Assembly (NCBI GenBank): GCA_963662335.2
Contig: CAXXVD010000002.1
Coordinates: 288,001 to 352,000 of the forward strand
Source of the DNA: Chloroflexota bacterium
GTDB lineage: Bacteria; Chloroflexota; UBA11872; VXOZ01
Length of the DNA stretch: 64,000 nt
Direction: 5' to 3'
Positions 10,254 to 20,060 of this stretch are shown piece after piece. The first letter of the stretch is position 1; each line of letters opens with the position of its first letter. A program made the position numbers and the translations under genes. The notes below the pieces were generated by a model. That model saw only the letters and a list, made by a program, of their open reading frames with translations. It was not told where the DNA came from and ran no database searches.

Positions 10254-11474
10254 CTAGCTCCCAGGCGCCAGCCATTCCGCCGCCATGTCCGCCACCGCCG
10301 CGCCGATGCTCAGCGAGGCCGTCGCCGCCGGCGAGGGCGCGTTCAGCACGTGGATGATGCGCGGTTCCCGCACGATGTGGAAGTCCTCGATCAACTTCCC
10401 CTGCCGGTCGAGGGCCTGCGCCCGCACGCCGGCCCCGGCGCGCACGAGATCCTGGCTTCTCACGTCCGGCACGAGTTTCTGCAACTCCCGCACCATGGCT
10501 GGCTTGTGCAGCGAGCGGTACATTTCGCCAATTCCCGTGCGCCAGTAGCGCGCCGCCATGCGCCAGAAACCCGCGTAGCCCAGAATGTCCAGCGTGTCGC
10601 CGAGGCTCACGTCGCGCCAGCGGTAGCCTTGGCGCTTGAAGGCGAACACGGCGTTCGGCCCCACCTCAATCGCGCCGTCGATGCGCCGCGTAAAGTGCAC
10701 GCCCAGAAAAGGAAAGGCCGGATTGGCGACGGGATAGATCATGTTGCGCACCAGGTAGCGCTTCTCCGGCACGAGTGCGGAATATTCGCCGCGAAAAGGC
10801 GCGATCTTCATCTGCGGTGTGTGGCCGGCGGACATGCTCACCCGGTCCGCGAACAGGCCGCCGCAGGTGATGACATGCCTGCTCCGCACGTCCCCCTGCG
10901 CGGTTTCCAGCCGCAGCCCGTTCGGTTCCGCCGCGATGCCTAGCACTTCCGCGCCGGTGCGCACCTGGCCGCCGGTTTTTTCAAATAGCTCACGGTACTT
11001 TTGCGCCACCAGGCTATAGTTGACGATGCCGGCGCTGGGCACGTGGAGCGCGCGGACACCGGTGGCATGGGGTTCCAGTTCCCGCAACTCTTCCGGCCCG
11101 ATCAGGCGCGCGCCCGGCACGCCGTTGGCCGCGCCCCGCCGCGCCAGTTCTTCCAACGCGGGAATTTGCCCGGCCTCAGTAGCCACGATCACCTTGCCGC
11201 AGCGGTCATACGGAATGCCGTGCTCCGCGCAGAAGGCCACCATACGCTCCGACCCCGCCACCGCCATGCGCGCCCGCAGCGAGCCGGGCCGGTAGTAGAT
11301 GCCGGAGTGGATGACGCCGCTGTTGTGGCCGGTCTGGTGTTGGGCGACGCCGGCCTCTTTCTCCAAGATGGCGATGCCCGCGCCGCGATGCCGCTGAGCC
11401 AGGGTAAGCGCCGTGGCAAGACCGACGATGCCGCCGCCTACGATCGCGATGTCAAGGGGGGAGTCTCCGCTCAT
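10254..11474 (-). CDS. lhgO: L-2-hydroxyglutarate oxidase family FAD-dependent oxidoreductase
   Basis: GGGIVG, HQTGHNSGVIHSGIYY, PFRGEY, FPFLGVHFT, NAPSPAATASL. Confidence 0.9.
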   Translation of the reverse strand: MSGDSPLDIAIVGGGIVGLATALTLAQRHRGAGIAILEKEAGVAQHQTGHNSGVIHSGIYYRPGSLRARMAVAGSERMVAFCAEHGIPYDRCGKVIVATEAGQIPALEELARRGAANGVPGARLIGPEELRELEPHATGVRALHVPSAGIVNYSLVAQKYRELFEKTGGQVRTGAEVLGIAAEPNGLRLETAQGDVRSRHVITCGGLFADRVSMSAGHTPQMKIAPFRGEYSALVPEKRYLVRNMIYPVANPAFPFLGVHFTRRIDGAIEVGPNAVFAFKRQGYRWRDVSLGDTLDILGYAGFWRMAARYWRTGIGEMYRSLHKPAMVRELQKLVPDVRSQDLVRAGAGVRAQALDRQGKLIEDFHIVREPRIIHVLNAPSPAATASLSIGAAVADMAAEWLAPGS

Positions 11475-11518
11475 GCCTCTGCCGGGTGTTCTGCTGGCGC
11501 CGCTGCCCTGCAGCCGCA

Positions 11519-12547
11519 TTAGATTATACTGCGCCGAGTCGGCAGGGTGTCGTCAAACGGCACGGGCAGCGTGTGGCCTTTGCGCGCCGCTTCGCGGGCG
11601 ATGAGCACCGCGCGGGTCGAGTCAAGCGCATCCTGCGCCGTTGCCACGATAGGGGTTTGCCCCCGGATACGGCGCACCAGGTCTTGGCCGCTTGAATCCG
11701 GACGGTTGCGACCGAACTGCACGTGCACGCGGGGCGAGTCGTGCCGCCAGTAGAGCAGGTCGCTGAAGTGCAGGCTGCGCACCTCGGCCGCGCCTTCCGT
11801 GCCCGTCAGGAAGAAGCGGCAGTCCCAGGGCGTGTTGCGGGGCGTGAGCCAGTCGGCCTCGATGGCGGCGATGATGCCGGAGTCCAGCGCAAACATGGCG
11901 TGGGCCACGTCGTTGAAGCCGGGATACTCGTGCCAGCGGCGCTGCATGTGGTGGGCGGTGACCGACTGCACGTTGGCCCCGGAATACCAGCGCGCCAGGT
12001 CGATGTCGTGGATCATGAGATCGACGATGGGGCCGCCCTCTTTGCTCTCTTCCAACATCCAGGGCTCGCGCTCGGCCAGGGCGAACTCGTGGGGCCGCGT
12101 GGCGACGCAGCCGGCAATCTCGCCGAGGAATCCGGAATCCACTAACTCCTTGAGGCGCGCGAACGGCGGGCCGAAGCGCTCGGTGACCATCATCTGCAAC
12201 TCTGCATTGCTGGCTTGAAGGGCTTGTTCGACCCGCGCCAGGTCCGCCAGTTCGATGACCATGGGTTTGTCCACCAGCACGTGGACGTTGCGCCGCAGGC
12301 ACGCCAAGATGGCCGCCGCCTTTTCGTGGTGGGCGTTGCAGATGGTGGCGAGGTCGGGCCGCAGCGCGTCCAGCATTTCGTCATGGCCGGCGTAGAGCGG
12401 CACATCGTATTGTTGGGCAACCTCCTGGCGGCGTTCGGGGTCGCTCTCGGCAATGCCGACGAGTTCGGTGTCACCGGCGGCGAGAATCTCCTGAATCGCT
12501 CCCGGGCCGTGAATGTGGATGCCGATGGCGGCAAAGCGTAGTGGCAT
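11519..12547 (-). CDS. Gfo/Idh/MocA family oxidoreductase
   Basis: HVLVDKP, GGPIVDLMIHDID. Confidence 0.85.
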   Translation of the reverse strand: MPLRFAAIGIHIHGPGAIQEILAAGDTELVGIAESDPERRQEVAQQYDVPLYAGHDEMLDALRPDLATICNAHHEKAAAILACLRRNVHVLVDKPMVIELADLARVEQALQASNAELQMMVTERFGPPFARLKELVDSGFLGEIAGCVATRPHEFALAEREPWMLEESKEGGPIVDLMIHDIDLARWYSGANVQSVTAHHMQRRWHEYPGFNDVAHAMFALDSGIIAAIEADWLTPRNTPWDCRFFLTGTEGAAEVRSLHFSDLLYWRHDSPRVHVQFGRNRPDSSGQDLVRRIRGQTPIVATAQDALDSTRAVLIAREAARKGHTLPVPFDDTLPTRRSII

Positions 12548-12609
12548 GGTTTGTCTCCATAATGTTATGCGTGAGGCGGTCAAAGCGCCCAAGAGCAGGG
12601 GACAAGCCC

Positions 12610-12804
12610 CAATGTTGTCGCATTAATGTAGCGCGGGGGCTTGTCCCCCGCCGGTGTGTACGGTACGGAGGGCGATTGCCGAAAGTTTCCCTCCAGCAGA
12701 CGACGCCAACCTCTTGACCGTAGCTTGACGCAGGTTCCAAACCTGCGCTACCGGAGAATTCGCACGCGAGTCTTGCCGTCGTTCTGTCTAATGCGACAGC
12801 ATTG
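12610..12804. mobile_element. 195-bp MITE with 16-bp TIRs and an 11-bp target-site duplication
   Basis: TIRs caatgttgtcgcatta (12610-12625) / taatgcgacagcattg (12789-12804); gggacaagccc on both sides (12599-12609, 12805-12815). Confidence 0.8.
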
Positions 12805-12882
12805 GGGACAAGCCCCCGCGCTACGTGTGGAAGCATTTCTCCGTTCGCGCTGAGCCTGTCGAAGCGCCAGCGGCCAGGCCTT

Positions 12883-13965
12883 CTACGGCTCAGGCGGCGT
12901 GCGCGGGCGCACCGCGCGTCTCTCCGCAATCGATTCATAGGCCGCTTCCACCAGGTAGAGCGTGCGCAGGTTGTCGGCGCCGCTGTTCATTGGCTCACGG
13001 TCTTCCTGGATGGCGGCGAAGAGTTCCGCCATCGGCCCCACCAGCGCGTCCGGTATCCACTTGCCGCGCAGTTCCGGCGTGATCCACTCTGCGCCGTAGC
13101 GTTCACTGCGGTAGGAGAGCGTGTCCGCGCGGCCGTAGGGAAAATTATAGAAGACGCCCAGTTCGCCTTTCGCCACGCCATCGGTACCCTCGAAGCGGTA
13201 CGTGGCGTGGGTATCGTCGTCCCAGACGCCGGCGTGATTGAGCAGCAGGCCGCGGGCGCCGCCGGGCCAGGCCAGCGTGATGATGGCCGAGGTTTCCCCT
13301 TTGATGCGCGCGTCGCCGGCGTGAAAGCCGTCGGCAAAGAGCCATGCCGGTTCGCCCAGGATGAAGCGCGCGACGTCGAGGAAGTGGATGGCGTCCTCGA
13401 CGATGAGCACGCGGGGGCGTTCCCAGAGCCACGGCCACAATTCCCAGCGCAGCGGGCCGACGCGATCGATTTGCACGTAGGTCAGGTCGCCCAGGTCGCC
13501 GCGTTCCTTGAGGGCATAGACGGAACGAAACGCCTGGTCCCAGCGGCCGTTCTGGTTCACGGCCAGCCGCACGCCGGCAGTGGCGGCGTCCCGCACCATG
13601 GCTTCCGCTTTGGCGATGTCGTACGTGAGCGGTTTCTGGCAGAGCACGTGCTTGCCGGCAGCAATGGCCGCGTCCACGAGGAGCGGATGGGTGAGCGTGG
13701 GCGTGGCAATATCCACCACGTCCACTTGCGGCGCATCCAGCAGCGCTTCCAACGCAGAAAAAGCCGCCGTGCCAAAATCCGCCGCCAGCGCCTCCGCTTT
13801 GGCCGCATCCTCATCATAGATGCCCGCCACGTTGAACCCCGCGCCGCGATACGCCGGCAGGTGGCCGGCGCGCGCGATGCTGCCGGCCCCGATGACGCCG
13901 ATGCCGTAGTCGCGCTTGGGCGGCAGATGGGGCCGGTAGTCGAGCGGTTTGGGTACAAGGGTCAT
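12883..13965 (-). CDS. Gfo/Idh/MocA family oxidoreductase
   Basis: IGAGSIA, HVLCQKP, AVNQNGRW, IHFLD. Confidence 0.88.
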   Translation of the reverse strand: MTLVPKPLDYRPHLPPKRDYGIGVIGAGSIARAGHLPAYRGAGFNVAGIYDEDAAKAEALAADFGTAAFSALEALLDAPQVDVVDIATPTLTHPLLVDAAIAAGKHVLCQKPLTYDIAKAEAMVRDAATAGVRLAVNQNGRWDQAFRSVYALKERGDLGDLTYVQIDRVGPLRWELWPWLWERPRVLIVEDAIHFLDVARFILGEPAWLFADGFHAGDARIKGETSAIITLAWPGGARGLLLNHAGVWDDDTHATYRFEGTDGVAKGELGVFYNFPYGRADTLSYRSERYGAEWITPELRGKWIPDALVGPMAELFAAIQEDREPMNSGADNLRTLYLVEAAYESIAERRAVRPRTPPEP

Positions 13966-13986
13966 GGCGCTATCCTTTGGGACGCT

Positions 13987-14754
13987 TCACGGCAGGGGCG
14001 TCACACTGTGCACGTAGCCGCCGTCCACGCAGAGAATCTGTCCAGTGATGTAGTCCGCTTGCGGCGAGGCGAGAAAGACGACGGCAGCGGCAATGTCCTG
14101 CGCCCGGCCCATGCGGGCGCGGGGCGCGCGGCGTATCCAGGCGTCCCGGCCTTGGCGAGAGGCCGGCCACCCTGGGGTTGAGACCGCGCCGGCGGCGATA
14201 CAGTTGACCGAAATCCCCTGCGGGCCGAACTCCACGGCCAGGGCTTGCGTCAGCGTGTTGAGCGCGCCTTTCGCCACGGTATAGGCGCTGGCGCGGCGCT
14301 GGAAGACGAGGCTGTGCGAGGAGCTAATGTTGACGATGCGGCCTCCCGCCGGTTGCGCGAGCATGATTTTGATGGCTGCCTGCGTGCAGTGTACGACGCC
14401 GTCCAGGTTTACCGCAAAGACGCGATGCCAGTCGTCAAGGGGATAGTCGGCAAACGACCCCCGGTGTGTGCCGCCAATGGCGGCGTTGTTGACCAGGACG
14501 TCCAGTCTGCCGAACTGCGCCTGCGCCTCACGGAACATCCGCGCCACGGCCGCCGGGTCGCTAACGTCGGCTTGAAGCGGCAGAGCGTTGCGTCCGGTGG
14601 CGGTGACGGCCGCTCTCGTAGCCTCGGCGCCCTCGCGGTCGGTGTTGTAGTTGATGCCCACGTCCGCGCCGGCAGCCGCAAGCGCTACGGCGATCGCTTG
14701 ACCGATTCCCTTGGATGCGCCGGTTACCAGGGCAGCGGCTCCGTCCAACGCCAT
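13987..14754 (-). CDS. Short-chain dehydrogenase/reductase
   Basis: TGASKGIG, NNA, YTVAK (YxxxK), YITGQILCVDGG. Confidence 0.92.
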   Translation of the reverse strand: MALDGAAALVTGASKGIGQAIAVALAAAGADVGINYNTDREGAEATRAAVTATGRNALPLQADVSDPAAVARMFREAQAQFGRLDVLVNNAAIGGTHRGSFADYPLDDWHRVFAVNLDGVVHCTQAAIKIMLAQPAGGRIVNISSSHSLVFQRRASAYTVAKGALNTLTQALAVEFGPQGISVNCIAAGAVSTPGWPASRQGRDAWIRRAPRARMGRAQDIAAAVVFLASPQADYITGQILCVDGGYVHSVTPLP

Positions 14755-14859
14755 GATGCTTCCGCTTGCGCTCCACTCGTTGCTACGACCGTTTAGCCTC
14801 TGCCGCAGCCGGGCGCAGGTTGCAGACCGGCGCTACCCGCTGACGTTCCCATGCGCTCC

Positions 14860-16080
14860 TCATAGCCAGTGGGCTACCGGCCAGAGGGTAGCCGACCGGG
14901 TGAACGGCGCGTCGAGCAGGGCGTCGGTCTCTTCGATTGGATCGTGGCCGTAGCGGCGCAGGAACTCCGCCTCGATTTGCTGCTCCAGCGCCGTCGGCTC
15001 CGCCAGGGGCAAATCAACCCACGTGTTGCCCCGGTCCGCGCTCTCGCGCACCGCCAGGCAGAGTTCATAGTCCCGCAGGCCGTTTGCGACGCCGTACTGA
15101 GGCTGCCCGCCTGCCGTGATTGCCCGGTGGAAGCCGGTGAGGATGTCTGCCTTCGAAGCGTCATCTTGCGTGCTAATGCCGTACTGGGCGTAGGGATTGT
15201 GCCAGACAACTGGCGGGTCGGTGGCAACGGAGAGAGATGCGAGCACCTTTTCACCTGTTTGTTCTAAGTAGTGCTCCTGAATTGGAAAAGATAAGGACTC
15301 ACCCGCCGTGTATTGCACGAACACGTCGCGGTTGAAGTAGCCTTTCGTGCCTTCGATCTCCCAGCCGATTGGAAACGTAATGTGGCTCGACGGAAAGACG
15401 CGCGGCGGCTTCTCGAATAAACACGCCACGCCGTTGGCGAACTCTATTACCCCCGAATCCCACTTCAGCGTGTTTTCCGGTTCGCCGCCGTAGGCCGTGT
15501 AGGGCGCAGTCGGAACCTCGCCGCAGTAGCCGAGCACGCGCTTGGCAGGGGCGTCGATCAGGGCGCGAATGCCGCTGAAGCCGTGGTACTGTCCGGTCTG
15601 GTACCAGAGCCGGGCGTGCGTGACCTGGCCGAGCAGGCCGGCGTCGATGAGCTGCCGCTTCAGCCGCTCTCTGGGCCAGAGCCACACCTGCTCCGCCACC
15701 TCCCAGAGCACGCCGTGCTGCCGGCAGGTTGCGGCGATGGCGTGGGCGTGGCGGCGCGTGAGCGCGACCGGAATCTCGGTGATGATGTGGCAGCCGCGGC
15801 GGGCGGCGGTGAGCGCCATAACGATATGGGAATCTTTCGGCGTCAGGCTGAGCACCACGTCCGGCTGCTCGTGCGCAAAGAGCGCGCGCACGCCGGTGTA
15901 TTGTCCCGGCACGCCGTAGCGGGCGCCCACCTGCGCCAGCGCGTCGGGACTGCGGTCGCAGACGGCGGCCAGTTCGTAGTGATCGGTCAGGCGCGCGATC
16001 GTCGCCAGGAAATGCCGCGCCCGCGAGCCGGGGTCCGCGCCGACGCCCAAGACGGCAATGCGGAGTTTGCGCCCAATCAT
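14860..16080 (-). CDS. Gfo/Idh/MocA family oxidoreductase (divergent)
   Basis: N-terminal Rossmann IAVLGVG..AAVCD; EIP in place of EKP. Confidence 0.75.
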   Translation of the reverse strand: MIGRKLRIAVLGVGADPGSRARHFLATIARLTDHYELAAVCDRSPDALAQVGARYGVPGQYTGVRALFAHEQPDVVLSLTPKDSHIVMALTAARRGCHIITEIPVALTRRHAHAIAATCRQHGVLWEVAEQVWLWPRERLKRQLIDAGLLGQVTHARLWYQTGQYHGFSGIRALIDAPAKRVLGYCGEVPTAPYTAYGGEPENTLKWDSGVIEFANGVACLFEKPPRVFPSSHITFPIGWEIEGTKGYFNRDVFVQYTAGESLSFPIQEHYLEQTGEKVLASLSVATDPPVVWHNPYAQYGISTQDDASKADILTGFHRAITAGGQPQYGVANGLRDYELCLAVRESADRGNTWVDLPLAEPTALEQQIEAEFLRRYGHDPIEETDALLDAPFTRSATLWPVAHWL

Positions 16081-17003
16081 GCGTTGCCTGTCTCTTCCAG
16101 AAAGTCCGCGTAGCGCTGGAGCGGTTGCGCGCAGTCGTCGTCGAGCGCGGTCACGACCAGCCGCGCCCGCGCGGTGCGCGCCACGCCCGGCTCCAGACTG
16201 CCCCCAAAGAGTGACAAATAAAGCGGATTGTGCTTGTGGAAGCGGTCACGGGCATCCGGGCTGTCGTAGCCGCTGGAAACCGCGAAGCAATCTTCCGGCC
16301 GGGACATGAGCACGGCGGCCACGCGCCGCTGCCGGTCGGCCTGGAAGCACACGGGCAGCTTGTAGCGGCGCACCGGCGCGAAGCGGGCGATGTCCCGCCA
16401 GCGGCCGTCCACGCTGACGCCCACGGCGTCTTCATCGCGGGGATAGACGAGCACGCCGCCGCGAAAGACCGGGTTGACGTTGACGGGCGCGAGTTCCGGC
16501 TCGTCGCCGAAACGGCCCGGCTCGTCCTCTAATTCAAATCTGTCGCGCGCCAGGTAGACGTGGGGCACGTGGGCCGGATCGAAGTAGCACGCCAGCAGGG
16601 CCTCGAAATCGCGCGCCGCCGCGTTTGGCATAACGGTGACGGTCATGTCAATCGTTGCCGGTTCTTGGATTTCGTAGCGGATGGCCATTACCGGATGCGC
16701 AGGGTCTTGCAGCGCCCAGCGCAGGGTCACGCTATTCGCGTCCGCCTCGATTTCGCGCTCGCCCTGGCGGGGATTGCCCAGGTCGCTGTCCATGCCGGTT
16801 GTCCCCGCCGGATCGCAATGCATGAAGCGGTAGAGATTCAGGATGGCGTAGAGCGGATGCACGAACTCCACGCCGGTGGCTTTGTGCACCAAACTCGTCA
16901 GGCCGTGATGCGGGAACTCGTTGCCGGGACGCAGCACGCCCTGTATCTCAGCCGTCTCGAAGGCGTAGACCTTCTCATCAGGTCGGTAGTCCAGCATAGC
17001 CAT
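16077..17003 (-). CDS. Hypothetical protein, beta-rich, translationally coupled to the downstream oxidoreductase
   Basis: ORF with aaggag RBS; ATGA overlap with the next gene. Confidence 0.7.
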   Translation of the reverse strand: MAMLDYRPDEKVYAFETAEIQGVLRPGNEFPHHGLTSLVHKATGVEFVHPLYAILNLYRFMHCDPAGTTGMDSDLGNPRQGEREIEADANSVTLRWALQDPAHPVMAIRYEIQEPATIDMTVTVMPNAAARDFEALLACYFDPAHVPHVYLARDRFELEDEPGRFGDEPELAPVNVNPVFRGGVLVYPRDEDAVGVSVDGRWRDIARFAPVRRYKLPVCFQADRQRRVAAVLMSRPEDCFAVSSGYDSPDARDRFHKHNPLYLSLFGGSLEPGVARTARARLVVTALDDDCAQPLQRYADFLEETGNA

Positions 17004-17131
17004 CGTGCCTGCCGCTCCTTTCGTAGACAATGATGCTGAAGCAGGCGGCCTCTTCAAGGCGCAAAATGCCTGATAACGCAAGCCCACACGAGCGCTGCCC
17101 CACCGGCGTGCAGCGTACCGATTTTGGCTCT

Positions 17132-17160
17132 GAGGCTACGGGATTTTGTCCCGTAGCCTC
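17132..17160 (-). terminator. Hairpin after the solute-binding protein gene
   Basis: gaggctacggga-ttttg-tcccgtagcctc, 12-bp stem. Confidence 0.55.
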
Positions 17161-17205
17161 GGAACTCTATCGAGATTGCGAGCGTGGCGGAACCGCAGCC
17201 GCGAC

Positions 17206-18633
17206 CTACGAAGTAGCAGCGTCGAACAAGGCGTTCGTCTCCGCCGCCATGTTCTTCAGCCCTTCCTCCACGCCGACGGCGCCGGCGAAGATCTGCGGCG
17301 CCCACACGCCCATGGGACCCAGCATTTCGCCCCACGAGACGACGTCGTGCGTCGGCAGGTTGGTGGTCCACTGGAACATCTCGAACGCGGCGATGCGGTT
17401 GGCAGGGCCGTCGGTGACCTCCGGATCGTAGTAGAGTTGCGCGGAGTCATCCCGCGCCGGCCGCAGCACGTCGGCCCGCGCCAGAATGTCCTGGGAATCC
17501 TTCGTCATCATGTTGGCGAAGACGCCCCACGCCTGGTCCGGGGACTTGGAGTTGGTATTCATGCACCAGCCGACGATGTTGGTGGTGCCGCCCGGATTGC
17601 CCGTGTTGGGCGAGGCGGCCACGTAGCCGTAGTCCCAGGTGAAGCCGGAGCCGGGCCACGCTTCGTTCAGGAACTTCACGTTGTTGGAAGCCGCCGTCCA
17701 GAGGATGACCTGGCCGCTGCCAAAGAGCGCGAAGCGGCCGCCGCGGCCCGCCATGCCCTGGCTCAAGTCCGCAATCTGCTCCCGCGACGGCGATACCCGG
17801 TGCTTGAGCGCCAGGTCCACGCAGAAGTGCCACGCCTCCGCCGATTCCGGGCTGTCGATGACGCAGCGCAAATCGTCGTTCAGAAAGTCGCCGCCGTTGC
17901 CGCGCACGTAATTCAGCCAGCCCTGCTCGAGGGCGTCGGGGGCGAACGCGCCGTAGCGTGTGATGTTGTCTCCCTCGCGCTCGGTGAGCTTGATGGCGTA
18001 CTCCTGGAGCAGGTCCCAATTCCAGTCGGTGCCCAAATCGGACGGTATGGCAAAGCCGCCCTCGTTGACGGCGTCCTCGTTGAAGAGCGTGATGATGCTC
18101 GTCATCATGCCGGGCACGCCGAACATCTTCTCGCCCTTGTAGGTGTAGAAGTCGATGCCGGTCTTCCAGGCGTTGGCGGCAAAGTCCTGGGCGATGGGAT
18201 CGGCCTTGAACTGGGCGGTGATGTCGGCGGGAATCTCCTTGTTCGACCACGCGAAGTAGTTCACGCTGTTCATCAAGTAGATGTCGGGGCCCGTGCCGCC
18301 GACGAAGGCCGCCTGCAAATTGTCCCAATAGCCGGAGACCGCTTCCGCGGACACGCTGACGTTGGGATTGGCTTCCGAGTAGTTCGCGCCCATCTGCTCG
18401 ACCGACGCCACCGGGTCCGGCCACCAGACCCAGACGTTGATTTCGGCGGCCTCGGCCTGGGGCTGCTCGGCGGGTTTTTCCGCTTCCGGCTCGGCCGGCG
18501 CATCTTCCGCGGGCATGGCCGTGTCCGCTTGTCCGCAGGCGGCGAGCGCCGCCGCTGCGAACGCGGCGCCTCCGCCCACAAGGAATTGGCGGCGGGTCGG
18601 ATTGGAACGAGTGGAGTGTTCAGGCGTATTCAC
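17206..18633 (-). CDS. Extracellular sugar-type ABC solute-binding lipoprotein with Tat signal
   Basis: TRRQFL twin-arginine, LAAC lipobox, GTGPDI, WNWD motifs. Confidence 0.88.
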   Translation of the reverse strand: MNTPEHSTRSNPTRRQFLVGGGAAFAAAALAACGQADTAMPAEDAPAEPEAEKPAEQPQAEAAEINVWVWWPDPVASVEQMGANYSEANPNVSVSAEAVSGYWDNLQAAFVGGTGPDIYLMNSVNYFAWSNKEIPADITAQFKADPIAQDFAANAWKTGIDFYTYKGEKMFGVPGMMTSIITLFNEDAVNEGGFAIPSDLGTDWNWDLLQEYAIKLTEREGDNITRYGAFAPDALEQGWLNYVRGNGGDFLNDDLRCVIDSPESAEAWHFCVDLALKHRVSPSREQIADLSQGMAGRGGRFALFGSGQVILWTAASNNVKFLNEAWPGSGFTWDYGYVAASPNTGNPGGTTNIVGWCMNTNSKSPDQAWGVFANMMTKDSQDILARADVLRPARDDSAQLYYDPEVTDGPANRIAAFEMFQWTTNLPTHDVVSWGEMLGPMGVWAPQIFAGAVGVEEGLKNMAAETNALFDAATS

Positions 18634-18880
18634 CGTACGATTCCTCCTCCGTGTTCGCGCTCACCGGGTACCGGGCGAGCGACACTATATTGGGCGCCAT
18701 TGGTGCGCCGAGTGCCTTTGCGCGAAGCGGCCTCCCTTCTACTCTTCAAGTGCTGACGAGCCGCGCCAAGCTATGCCTCCGCGCAACCCGGCGCGGCTGC
18801 GCTTCCTCTACCCGCGACAGTGGCACATCACATCCCTGCGCGGGACGCATGGTAACGCCATTGCCAGCGAGTTAACGCGC

Positions 18881-18908
18881 ATTATAGAGGAAAGACTACG
18901 GTTGTCAA
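18881..18908 (-). promoter_or_regulatory. Consensus sigma70 promoter for the solute-binding protein gene
   Basis: TTGACA-16-TATAAT on the minus strand. Confidence 0.75.
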
Positions 18909-18968
18909 GTGTGTTCTTGAAACCGGCGGCGCGGCGCGCCGCCAAGGAGACTTGGCGAGAGCGTGCGG

Positions 18969-20024
18969 CTACGTGCGCGGCCAGCGCTCGGCCAGCGGCG
19001 GCATGGCGGGAAACGGCGCGTGCGGCGCGGTCTGGTACCAGTAGGCGACCGAGGCGATGTCGTCGGTGAGCGGCTCGAACTTCTTGTTCAGCCACCAGCC
19101 GAGCGCCTGCACGGTCACTTTCAGGTCCTCTTTGAAGCGGATCGGATCCAGGATGTGCCAGCGGTACATGCCGTGGAGCGGCACTTCCACCGGATCTTGC
19201 TTGTAGAGCGGATAGCCGAGGAAGGGCGTGGAAAAAGTGCGGTCGCCAAAGTTCCACGCACCGCCAAAGTAGTCCTCCGTGCCGGTGCCGCAAATCGTGG
19301 GATGGCCGGTATCGCCGTCCAGGTAGAATTTCACCTCGCCCTCGCCCCACCAGCCGTTGGAAAACTGCGACCACGCGATGAACGTGCCCACGTACTGCCC
19401 CTGGCCGCGCACGCCGTCGAGCAGCACGTGTTCGGGATACTCGCGGGTGGTCATCGAGCGCCGCCACTGGGCGTGGAAGTAGGCGGCGTTTTCCGGCACT
19501 GGGGCCAGCGCGTAGGTGATCTGGTAGTAGAAGCCCGGGATTTCCTCCCAATAGTCATTCTCGATGGTGATGCGCGCGCTGCGGCGGAAGGGCATGGGCC
19601 AGTAGCAGTTGAAGCCGCCGGTGGGATTGACGGCAACCGGCAGCGAGTTCACGTCGTAGCGCAGCCCGTGGCCGTTGCAGAAGAAATCGCCCAGCGGGAC
19701 TTCCACCGAGGGCGTCTCCTCGCCGTCCCAGTAGCAGCGCAAGACGGTGCTGCGGTAGGCCTGGGGCCGTACGGTCAGCCAGATGTGCTGGATTGTGCCC
19801 GGCCCTTCGATCTCGGCGAGCGTCGTCGTGCTTTGCGGCGGCAGTTCGATCTTGGGCCGCACCTTCCAGCCCGGACCCAGCAGCGAGGCGGCGCTGTTCG
19901 CATCCGGCACGGCTTTCGCGCCGCCGCCCCGCGCGCCGGTGGGGTTTTCCGCCGAAATCGAGCGCGTTTCGGCATCCGAAAGCAGCGCGATGCTGTGCAG
20001 ACCGTTTTGCAATCCATCCAACAT
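18969..20024 (-). CDS. DUF2961 / glycoside hydrolase family 172 protein
   Basis: SAENPTG, GPGTIQHIW, PLGDFF, NCYWPMPF, WWGEGE, GTGTEDYFGGAW, YRWHILDPI. Confidence 0.88.
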   Translation of the reverse strand: MLDGLQNGLHSIALLSDAETRSISAENPTGARGGGAKAVPDANSAASLLGPGWKVRPKIELPPQSTTTLAEIEGPGTIQHIWLTVRPQAYRSTVLRCYWDGEETPSVEVPLGDFFCNGHGLRYDVNSLPVAVNPTGGFNCYWPMPFRRSARITIENDYWEEIPGFYYQITYALAPVPENAAYFHAQWRRSMTTREYPEHVLLDGVRGQGQYVGTFIAWSQFSNGWWGEGEVKFYLDGDTGHPTICGTGTEDYFGGAWNFGDRTFSTPFLGYPLYKQDPVEVPLHGMYRWHILDPIRFKEDLKVTVQALGWWLNKKFEPLTDDIASVAYWYQTAPHAPFPAMPPLAERWPRT

Positions 20025-20060
20025 GGTTGTCCGTTCCCCTTCCGTTTCCGGGCGGCCTCG

